From: Octopus sinensis
Lineage: Eukaryota
Assembly (NCBI RefSeq): GCF_006345805.1
Contig: NC_043007.1
Coordinates: forward strand, 67,766,001 to 67,830,000
Direction of reading: 5' to 3'
DNA length: 64,000 bases
Shown: positions 53,184 through 64,000 of the stretch, in pieces
How the letters are laid out: the number at the start of each line of letters is the position of its first letter
Numbering within the stretch: the stretch's first letter is position 1
The notes under the pieces: generated by a model
Told to the model about the DNA's origin: nothing
Seen by the model: only the letters and a program-made list of their open reading frames with translations
The model's database searches: none
Program-made: the position numbers and the translations under genes

Positions 53184-54916
53184 ATACACAGAGTTGGTGT
53201 TAGAGGTGCAGGAAGAGTGCACATACTAAGCTTAGGTGGCAGGCAATGAGTAAAGGAAACCACGCACGAATGCAGTCTCTCTCTCTTTCTCTCCCACACA
53301 CACACACGGTGTGAGAGAACGAATCATGAAGACAGAGGATGAGAATAGGGTGTAAATGATAGAATGATAAATATCTTTCTTTAGAAAATTATTATTTATT
53401 TCAACATTTTGTATAAGTACCAAGAAATTTGATAAAAGTTAAATTATAATTATTGCATGTCTGCTATATTTCCTGATATTATCACGGTGGCTAAAACGTA
53501 CTTCCAGAGTTACTCCTCGTATGACGGGTAACACGCCAGCGAGATAATATTTCACAGTCGCCAATGTTTGAACGCAATAACATAACGGAAGATATGTTTC
53601 TTTATTAGCCACACAGGGCTGCACACAGACAGAACAAATTACAAGGTAGAGCTTTTCTTTTGGGGGTAAAAAAAAGGGGGTTGGTTTTCGATCAAAAGGG
53701 ATCGTAAAAGGAAAGAAAGAGGACAGAAAAAGGGGAGGATTTAAAAAAAGGGGGGGGGAGGGAAAAAAAAGAAAAAGGGGAGAGGAAAAAAAGTTGATCA
53801 ATAGGGATCGTAATCACAGAAATGTCAATATGAAGTGTAAAGGGGAGGACAGGTGAGGTTTACCCGTGGAAGGAAAAGCCTACGGAAAAGACCACGGTAA
53901 CCTCGGTCAATGAAGTCACATGTTATATTTCTTTTTTTTTTTTGCAAAAACGGAAGAAGATAGAAAAGCTTTAGTGACAGCCAACAGTAATGGCTTTTCA
54001 CTTGATTTTCCGACTTTCTTTTCCATTCTCGAAAACAAATTTTCAATTTTTAATTCCATATGTAAAAAAAAAAAAATATATATATATTTGTTATTTGTAA
54101 ACTTTTTGTAAAATTTCTTCTTTTCTTTTCTCAAGCAATATTTAAATTATTAGCAGTTTCGAATCAGCTTTCTCCATTCTGTTCGAGAGTGCCAAATTGT
54201 TGTCTAACCAAATTGCTAAATCTTAAACTATTTCTTTCTTTCGTATTATTTTCTTAGCTCTTTATGAATCTGTCATTTTGCAATTTTTGTACAACGTATC
54301 TAAAATATATTCAATAATTTCCTAAGGACTTCCAATTCTTGGCCTCATTTTCGTAATGCCAATTTTATTACATTTAATAACACAATAAACTGTAGATTTA
54401 ATCATATCATGGAAATTTTTCCTACAAATTTTCTGAACGAATCACCAGTTTTTCCTCAGAGCAATGTCAAACGATTTAGCTTCATAAGAAGACAGAACTT
54501 TTTCAATTTTTTTCTTAGTCAATTTTATTATTTCATCATTATTGCTTATAATGTTTAATAATTTCTGGAGAATATTCCATAATATGTTCTTATACAACAT
54601 TAGAAATACATTCACTTTACGTTATGCTATGCTATGAATGAAAATAAGAAAAAAAAAAGGAGACAAATTTTGCCTATAGATGTAACTGTGATATTTCTTT
54701 CTTACAATTTGATAGGAATATCATATTGATATTTTTTTATATTTTTCATGAATGTCTTAAGTTTAGTGAAGATAATTAAGAAATACTGAATATTGTATTT
54801 CAGTGACACTCGTGTCCTCCATAACAGAACTGTAGAGATATATACGCACACGCAATATAGCAGACTGCCTGTCTTTATGAATGTATATATGAACGTACAT
54901 ATGTATGTATGTATGC

Positions 54917-54949
<33 letters not shown>

Positions 54950-55134
54950 TGTATGTATGTATGTATGTATGTATGTATGTATGAATGTATGAATGCATGC
55001 ATGTATGTATGTATGTATGTATGTAGGTAGGTGGGTACGTATGTCTGTGTATATGTGTGAGGGGATGTATATATGTATATATATATATATGTACATATGT
55101 AATATATATATATATACATAATATATATATATAT

Positions 55135-55179
<45 letters not shown>

Positions 55180-55216
55180 CATACATACATACATACATAC
55201 ATACATACATACATCA

Positions 55217-55251
<35 letters not shown>

Positions 55252-55340
55252 TGTTGTCTAACCAAATTGCTAAATCTTAAACTATTTCTTTCTTTTATAT
55301 TTTTTCTTAGCTCTTTATGAATCTGTCATTTTATCTGTCA

Positions 55341-55383
<43 letters not shown>

Positions 55384-56039
55384 CAAAATAAGCAACAAGG
55401 ATATCCAGAAGTAATGCAGTACGATCGTTTCACGCAACTCCATTTAATTGAACAATGCAACCATTACATTAATTTAAATGCAGAGCAATCTTCAGCTGCA
55501 CAAAGACATAGAATTAAATTAAATTAAAATAGATGGACACATTAATATAATTTTGCCTGAAATCTCCAAGAAGTTAAGGAGATAGACAAAGAACATGCCT
55601 TTCCTTCCACTTAGAAGCTACTAAAGTATCAGGAAGAAAGACTTGTTACAGATTTTGCTGATCACTGTTATATAGGGTCAGTTTTAATTTATAAACTAGT
55701 TTTCATCAAATCCTTATATATCTAAGGAAGAGTCTGTTAGGGGTAGGGAAGAGTCTGTTAGGGGTAGGGAGTCGACAGAAATCATAGCCGGATCATTTCA
55801 CAAATCTGTGTAATTTTTCGCGCAATTCTACCCAGCCGTTTGACCGTGAATCCCAAGACAAGAAAGAATCGCCCATGTCAAATTTATACGTATAGATATT
55901 GTTACGGTTGGCTAAGTGCATTTCGGGTTTAATTAGTGTAGTGTTTCTGGTGACCCACATAGGAATAATGGCACCATCATGTCTGGTGAAAATGTGACAG
56001 TCTTTTGTCTAATGGAGGACTGATGGGTTTTGGAATGAC

Positions 56040-57230
56040 CTGTGACCTCGTGCGGCTGAGAAGAGGGTCAGTGAGCAGTGAGAGAGGAGGACAGATTAAG
56101 GGAATCTAAGAACAGGTGGAGAGGGTATTGACAGTAGGAGAGAAGGACAGGCAGAGAGTTTGGTAGAGCTGTCATGATAGAGATAGAGTGTAAGAGAAAA
56201 GGGACAGATAGAGAGGAAGAGTCTGGCAGGCGATAGCGATAGAGTAAGAGCAGAGGGCAAATAGAAAGGATAAGCAGTAAGGGACAGATTGAGGATATAG
56301 ATAGAGTATAAGGACCAGGGCAGTTAGAGAGGGTGTGAGCGGTACAGAGGGAGATGAGGGAGTGGAAGCAAGGACAGAGACGAAGTGAGGTCTTGGCAGT
56401 CGTTGAGCGGTCGTCGAGGAACACAGACGGATCTTGGAGTCGCTGGCCGGTCCTGGAAGAAGACAGACGGACTCTGGAGGTCAGAGCGAGTGGATGGAAC
56501 CTTGGATTTAAGGAGCAAGCGTTGGAATTCCTGGGAGCGAGCTGGGATGCGAGGAGGCCTAGGGGCAAGCGATTGGAATATGCACAGAGGGGAATTAGCA
56601 GAGTATTCAGAGGATTTGGCAGTATTCAGAGATGAGTGCAGAATGGGACACTGGCGATTCAGTTAGGAATTAAGGTATGTGTTTGTGCATTGATATGTGT
56701 CACGGTGTATACGGACCGACAGAAAAGAACAGTCAAGGACTCTGTCGATGTGGTCGATAAAGGACATTGTGAAGAATTGAGTAAAGGACTTGTTGAATTG
56801 TAACGTGAATTGTTGTGATACGAACATTGTATAATGTATCGAAGTGTTCTGATTGGACTGTGACGTATCGTGAACATTATTTGATCTGGACTTGTTGTGT
56901 CGTTACTGAACACTGTTATATTGTTACATGCATGTTGTTAAATGCTTTGATCTGTGGTATACCGTATGATGTATTGATTTGTTGTTTGCCTTAAATGTAT
57001 TTGATGTGTAGCAATTGTAATTGTCGTATAAACTGTTGTTTGAATATAAGCCAGTGTTGCCAGTTGTTGCCTTGCCTCTTTGGGTTGTATCTCGGGTTGT
57101 GCCTCTGTATCTCTGTGCTGTTGAGGTTGTGGCAGTATCCATCTGTATCTCCTCTCTCCGCCTCTTTGGGTTCCGTGGCGGAACTTGTGTGTGAGCCGTT
57201 CGGGACGGGCGACGACGGGTGATTCCGTAA
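56040..57230 (-). mobile_element. old, decayed LINE remnant (Jockey/I-like?)
   Basis: Strong purine strand bias and faint RT-like remnants only; motifs not intact. Confidence 0.3.
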
Positions 57231-57329
57231 CAATATGTATATATATTTATCTATTTATGTTTATATATATATGTACATATATGTTGTATATACACGCGCG
57301 CACACACACACAAACACACATATAAAACT

Positions 57330-57465
<136 letters not shown>

Positions 57466-57524
57466 ACACACACACACACACATGTATGCGTAGATATGTG
57501 TACATGTGTATTTGTATATGTGTA

Positions 57525-58945
57525 CAGTGGTACCTTGACTTACGAGTTTAATTCGTTCCGTGGCGGAGCTCGTAATTCAAATTACTCGTATGTCAAATCA
57601 AATTTTCCCATTGAAATGAACTGAAATGCCATTAATCCGTTCAAGCCCTACACCAAAAAAATCACCGCAATTTTTTTGTTGCGTGTTTTTAAATAAGAAA
57701 AAAATGTACTTATAAAGAACGAATATTGTATAAAAAACAATACAATAGAATGTATTGCAATGAACTGGTTTTATTAAGCATAATGCATAGCATAATGCAT
57801 AGCATTTACCTTGGAGATCAGACGACTTGAGGACGCTGACAGAAGTGGAGAAGATAGGCTGAACTAAATTACCGAATCTTATTCGCGGATTTTTTCCCTT
57901 TTCGTCACGCTTTCCTCACTTTCATCTGCAAGAGTTTTCGATAAAAACTTGTCCAATAAGGCCTGTTTCATTTTCACTTTCAGAGTGTTTCTGAAATGAG
58001 TTAGGCAAATGTCATTTAATAGCGCCGTCGCACGTCCAGTTGCAACTTTTTCAAGGTGTTTCTTTCGAATAAAGTCTGAAAGAGTTTCTCCCACATCCCC
58101 AATATTTCCTTTTTTGCACCAGTAGAGATAACCTCCTCTGTCTCCTCCGTGTCATCTATTTCCTGCAAAACCTCAGTGTGCTGCTGCGTCTGTAGCTCCT
58201 TTAGCCCTTCTGTTGTCAATTCCTCAGAGTGATCCTCAATGAGCTGATTGATCTCACCTTCATCCACGTCCAGGCCCGTGGACTTGCTGAGGGATACAAT
58301 CTCCTCCACTACTGCCGCTTCGGGTTCGTGTCTTTCAAAGTCCGTTTCAGACACAAACTGAAGCCACAAGTTCTTCCATGCAGAGGTCAAGATCCTCTTT
58401 GTAACACCCTGTCAGGCCATATCGATAATTCTGAGACATATCACGATATTATAGGGGTCCTTCCAGAAATCTCGAAGGGCGAGGTTTGTGCCCTCTGCCA
58501 CCTCAAATCAGCGGCGGAACAGGTGCTCGATGAAGAGCTTCTTGAAATTAGAAATCTCCTACCGGTCCATGAGCTGCAAGATAGGGGTGGTGTTGGGTGG
58601 AAAGTAGAGAACCTTTATAAACTTGAACCCTTCAAGGATGTCATCTTCGTGGTTAGGTGGGTGAGCAGGGTCATTGTCCAGGACGTGAAGGGCTTGCAGG
58701 GGCAGGTTATTTTCCTGGAGATATTTCTTAACGTCAGGACGAAAGACCAAATTTACCCACTTCACAAAGAACTACCCTTGGATTTGCCTTCTACATAACC
58801 TGCAGCTTTTCTTTCAGAATCTTATATGACTTAAAGGCTCTGGGGTTTTCCGAACGATAAACGAGCATTGGCTTAATCTTGCAGTCGCCGCTCGTATTGG
58901 TGTACAGCGCAAAGGTTAACCTGTCTTTCATGGTTTTGTGGCGGC
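57525..58945 (-). mobile_element. pogo/Tigger-type DNA transposon, 5'-truncated
   Basis: TA|CAGTGGTACCTTGACTTACG terminus. DDE_1 motifs KDRLT, LDN.PAHP and FPPNTTPILQLMD; acidic C-terminus. Confidence 0.9.
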
Positions 58946-58959
58946 ATCCTCTTCTCCTG

Positions 58960-59690
58960 ACCCCAAACATTAATCTAGTGATCTGGGTACGGACAGCAGC
59001 GAAGGCGGTGCCTTCAGAGTAGTGGATGTCTGTGCCCCGACAGTTATATGATGTTCTATTTCTTCAGCTTTTCTGGGGACATCTCGATCTGTACTGCTTG
59101 TGGGAGACTGGAACTACATTTTAGACGCACGGCGGGACTGTGCACGGTTAGCGCTTAGAAGCTTGTGCAAAAGCCTCGGAAACCTGTTTAGAACTCTCTT
59201 TCTAATTGTATGATAGATACCGACTAGATTTCCCTGATGTGATAGTGTAGACATGAGGTAATCATAGCGGGTTATACAGATCGTATCCAGATACACCAGC
59301 AGAGAGGAATAGGGTAGGATATCCACAATTTCAAATTAGTCGGCCATGCAGACTAGACATTTATGATTTGCTCAGTCGACATAGATATGATTCATAGACA
59401 AGGAACCAATTACTGGAAGCTGACGTCTCATTACTGGGATGCAAAAACTAAAGAAACCGATTTAGGTAATTAGTTAAGCGGTAGTTGTCGGGAGCAATAG
59501 TCACAACCAGTGGTGGAATACCCCGAAGAGGGCGATTACACCATAATCAATAGGTTTTAGCGAAGAACTAGCAACGAGGGCGACAAATTGGAGGAGGAGC
59601 GAGTTAGTAATTTAGGAGAGGCGATTAGTAAAAAGGAATCTCGACTGCCGTGCAAGCGGTGAGATTGGCTCGTGATCCTTTCTTCAGTAC
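58960..59690 (+). mobile_element. Tx1/L1-type ORF2 endonuclease fragment (degraded)
   Basis: FRVVDVCAP, LLVGDWNYILD, G.NYWKL and QWWN..KRAI motifs in shifting frames. Confidence 0.7.
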
Positions 59691-61023
59691 TCAAGAAGTA
59701 TAGAATGTAAATTATAATTTCTCATATAACAGAACTGGTAGTTTGTGATGTTCATGCCTTTCCTCATAAACACTATCATAGCATAAGCTATGCTGAATCA
59801 ACGGGAGAGTCTCTATAACTGGAAATGATTGCAAAGTCTCTTAAACGATACACTATCGTCTTTAAAAAAGGATTGGTAGGATAAGTGCAGTTGGAAATAC
59901 AACATCTGAAAATTAGAATGGATGGCCATTACTGGGATACCTTCTAACATGGGTCAATTTATTCCAGTTTATTCAGAGCTTACTCGAATAGTGTAACAAC
60001 AATAACAACAACGTAAGTGAAGCAAATATCACGAAGAATGTTATGAATATAGGAATCGAAATCAGAGATTGAACCTTCGTCTCGGTCTTACGATCTCTTA
60101 ACAGTGACCATGACTCAGTAACAAAAACCCTAAAAGGGAAACAAAACAGCAATAACAAAAATTGTTTTTATTGCATAGTTTAGCCAAAGTCATTGCTTAA
60201 TGGTAGTGTTTTAAAGTATCCTTAATGAATGCCAGATACCGTCTCGAGAAGTCTTATTGTTCCATTAGGGAAATTTTAATGACACGAAGATTTATCTTGC
60301 GGACGTTACTAAAATAAATGCAAATTTCAGAATTCATATGAGAGGGAGAGAGAGAGAGAGAAAGTGGGAGGAAGGAGAGAGAGTGAGGGGGAGAGAGAAG
60401 GGGAGAGGGGAAGGAGGTTGGGAGGGATAAAGTGAGAAGATGCTTTTTGTTATCAATTTATAATTTTCCTTCGCAATCTTCCTTTGTAAACCATAAAAAA
60501 ACGAAAATGTATGTCTTAGCTTTCTTTCCCCCCTCCAATTCCTTACAACTTATTCGTTTACTAAAATGTTTCAAGATTAAAAATTTTTTTTAAGTAACAC
60601 TGACGTACGAAATAGAAAAAAGTTTGAATTTTGAAGAACATTGTGAAAGAAATGAGTAGCACTTCAGAAGACGTGACATTTTAGTAATGAATTTAAATTT
60701 AAATTGACTGGAGAATGGACAAAAAGATCTCAAAAAAGAAAATGACAAAAGCAAAACCAGTACTTCTCATCTGAGAATTAAGACAAAACAACCGAGTTAC
60801 ATTTATCGATATTGACACGTTTTTCCTAGGTTTAACCTTTGCATATTAATGCACGCTACGTTTCCTGAATGGAAATTTTGAAAATTAATAGCAGAGTTAA
60901 CTTTAAAATCGAAAATTATAATGGGGATTGCAAGACAGAAGTGGCTAATAGAAGTCGAATATTTGTGTGTATGTGCATGTGTCTGTTTGTGTGGATGCGT
61001 ATATAATAATAATAATAATAATA

Positions 61024-61071
<48 letters not shown>

Positions 61072-61080
61072 TAATAATAA

Positions 61081-61542
61081 TCCTTGGATGAAATTTATAA
61101 ACATATAATGCGCCGCTACACGCGTTTCCACAAATCACAAGCCTCTTAAGATCACAGTCCGCATTCCTGGAATGATTACAGTTTAGTCCGTTGTATCCGT
61201 GGGTATCGGGTTGACCATCTTCATGGATTCATTTCTTCAGATGATATAACATTAATGGATGTACAACAGAGAGATGCTTATCCCTGTTGGCCAGTATGAA
61301 GGTCGACTGAGTTATGTCAACCGTCATACTGGTCAAAAAAGATAAGCATCTCTCTGTTGTACATCCATTAGTGTTATATCACCCGAAGAAATGATTCCAT
61401 GAAGATTATCAACCTGATGCCCACGGGTACTACAGACTACATTGTAATCATTCCAGGAATACGGACTGTGATTTTAAGAAACGTGTGATTTGTGGAAACG
61501 CGCGTAGCCACGCATTAAATGCTTATAAATTCGATCCAAGGA
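61081..61542. repeat. ~460-bp near-complete foldback palindrome
   Basis: Arms 61081-61282 and 61341-61542 are reverse complements, with an inner stem 61288-61307/61316-61335. Confidence 0.92.
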
Positions 61543-62289
61543 TTATTGTTATTATTATTACATTTATCCTACGTTTTATCGGTACAGCTCGATGCAATCC
61601 CCAATAAACTGGTTCACCAGACGGCATCATTAGCTTGTGGCCGACATAATGGAACAGGAACTTTATTTGCATATTCAGAACGTTACCCGTAAACAAATTT
61701 AAAGGATATATATTTTATTAAATCGAATGTATAAAGAAGAATCAAAGGCAGAAGTTAATAGCTGTAGAATGTGTATGTTATGCGTGTATGTATACAACTC
61801 AAAACACACACGCACGCACGCACACACACACAGCCCCTCCCAACAAAAACGCACTCTTTTTTAATACGTTCGTGTACACTTGAACGTGGGATGACCTTTC
61901 ACTGCGGAAATCGCCTCGAGAGAAATTTCTCCTCATAAACAACATGAGCCATGAATAACGTCATCGGTGTATTTCTACGTACTAACGCGTCATCAATCAC
62001 GAATACCGAATCTGTCATTCACAGTCCTATCAGAACGATTGTTCTGATACATAAGAACAGCAAACAGTAAATCTGCTGGCGTGCTTATGCTTGATTGAAC
62101 TGGAATCTTACTATAATGGGCGTTATGTCCGTCTGTCTGTCCGTCTATCCGTTTCTTTGTCTGTTCCGTTTTCACCGACCACGAGCAACTCTGGATTTTC
62201 ATTGTATAGTTCGTGGCTCCATCGTAGATACGAAGGGAGTCGTGAGGACGGTTAATTGCGAAAATAAAACGGAAAAAGTGTGTGTCAGT

Positions 62290-62640
62290 ATATAATGTGT
62301 GTGATTATTTAGTGGTCATTGAAGTGTGTCAGTCGCAAGCAGGATTCAAAACGGTTGTTGTTTACTTCTCAGTTTTGTCAATCAATATAACCCATGGTAC
62401 CAGAACATCCAGACATTATTTGCATTATTCAAGAGAGGTAAGTTTTAGGTTGATTCTGCTCCCGCATTCACAACAAACAAGGCACAGGGCCAGACTTTAG
62501 ATCGTGTAGGTGTATTTTTACCCATTCCGATGTTTACATACGGCCAGTTATACGTCGCTATGAGTAGAGCAACGGACTCCAGTAATTTGAAAATTAGTGT
62601 CGATCAAACAGAAAATATTGTCTACAAAGAAGTTTTGTAA
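62290..62640 (+). mobile_element. Helitron helicase C-terminal fragment
   Basis: PAFTTNKAQGQTLDRVGVFLPIPMFTYGQLYVAMSRA...NIVYKEVL*. Confidence 0.85.
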
Positions 62641-63220
62641 TCATAATGATATTATCGAAAAGAATATGATTCATTATTTAAATAAGGAAATTTGTGAACT
62701 TTGACTGTATAAGAGTATAAGCAAGCGTAAAATCGTGTAAACAACTAAAATAAAAGTATATCTAAATAACAATTTTTTCTTAACACTTTTTATGTAGTGG
62801 TCAACGGAAACTCTGGCTTTCGTTAGGAGTGGTCCACATAACCATTTATGATACAGAGGCTGAGAGCCTATTTCAGTTCGGGAGTGAATCGTCATCACAC
62901 GTCATATAGCTGCAATAGTATGCTGTATCACCAATAATGTGATTTCTCTAAGACATCACCCAGTAATCTATCAAGACCATTTACACATTTCTCAATACAT
63001 ACCGCTGTTAGGACTTCCTTCCCTCATTTTATGCCGCCATTGTAGATGGTTAGATTTGCTAGTTAACAGAATTGCAGCAAAATTTCTTTCTATGTTTGAG
63101 TATGCACGAACGCGCGAAATATCATTGTACATGCATACATTTTATCCAACACCTTTCTGTGCCACACAATTTGATTAATTTCTGTTTGACTAAGCTTTAG
63201 CACGTAATATATTGTCTTAC

Positions 63221-63675
63221 TCTATATTGATACAAATAAAATTCTGTCTGTCCGTCTGGGATCCCAGTATCTCAATCTACATTTGATCTACATAGGCATA
63301 TTATACCTTTTTGGAATCAAGATGTTCGCGGGACTTCAAATCTGCACTTCATTTGGTCTTGAGCATCCAGTACTGGGATCTGATTTAAAAACACTTGGGT
63401 TGTTATTTCTAGCAGGTAAAGCTTGGTTGATTCACTCCATCATGTTTGGGGCTTGTCAGATGACATCAGAGATGAAGGGGGAGATAAATGATTGCATTAC
63501 ATAATTAATTCTCATCCTTCCTTAACTTTTGATTTAACATCACCGGGGCATATAGTCATTATGGACATATTATAGTCATGTTATTTAGCTCACTTTAGTT
63601 TGGGGCTGCAAGCCCAATTAGCCCCCCACAGGAGCTAGTTTAAAAGTCCGCACGGAATGCGGCTTTTAAGTTAGT
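63221..63675 (+). mobile_element. non-autonomous Helitron-like element
   Basis: 5' TCTATATT...tctgtctgtccgtc; 3' hairpin CCGCA-cggaa-TGCGG then TTAG|T. Confidence 0.5.
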
Positions 63676-64000
63676 ATAATATAATATGATTACACACACA
63701 CAAGCTAAAATGAGATTTGGAAATCCGAACGTCTTTCTCGGTCAGCAACCCCGTGAACACCGGCTAACAGTCTGCATGAAAGAGGGCAGTTTTTTCTTAA
63801 TGGAAACCATTCCATACAAAACTGAAATTCCTGGGAAAATTATTATTTATGGTCCTTTTTAACAATACATGGTTGAGACGCATTATGAACATCGAATTTT
63901 GGCACAAAGCCAGCAACTTTGGTTGGAAGGGAAAAGTCGATTACATCTACCCTAGATGAATGGGAAAGTCAACCTCAGAGGAATTTGAACTCAGAACGTA

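Noticed and set aside
54702-55320. Long MYVC/HTYI ORFs here and at 485-931, 3992-4308, 6727-7165, 37377-37659, 39472-39831 and 51443-51991
   Set aside because: These are translations of (TA)n, (TG)n, (TATG)n and (GA)n microsatellites.

Overview
AT-rich, repeat-dense eukaryotic DNA. The SINE types and microsatellite load look like an octopod cephalopod, which is an inference. The only gene I can identify with confidence is PSMC1/Rpt2 (26S proteasome AAA-ATPase subunit 4) on the minus strand. It has 12 coding exons from the ATG at 37036 to the TAA at 13344, all introns are GT-AG, and the CDS is 1326 nt (441 aa), from MGQNQS to the C-terminal HbYX motif LYL. Directly upstream of the ATG is a compact ARE + ETS + YY1-like motif cluster. 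The rest of the window is mostly mobile DNA: tRNA-derived SINE families, an RTE-tailed family, three mariner copies (one near-intact, 1288 bp), a piggyBac deletion derivative, a pogo/Tigger remnant, Helitron remnants, CR1/Tx1/RTE LINE fragments, MITEs and two long foldback hairpins. A few exon-like segments at 3.7, 9.0, 10.8 and 50.3 kb could belong to neighbouring genes I cannot name. I found no prokaryote-type system and no evidence for a wholly new biological system. The best leads are regulatory (proteasome bounce-back ARE), RNA-structural (inverted repeats inside the PSMC1 pre-mRNA) and transposon-related.
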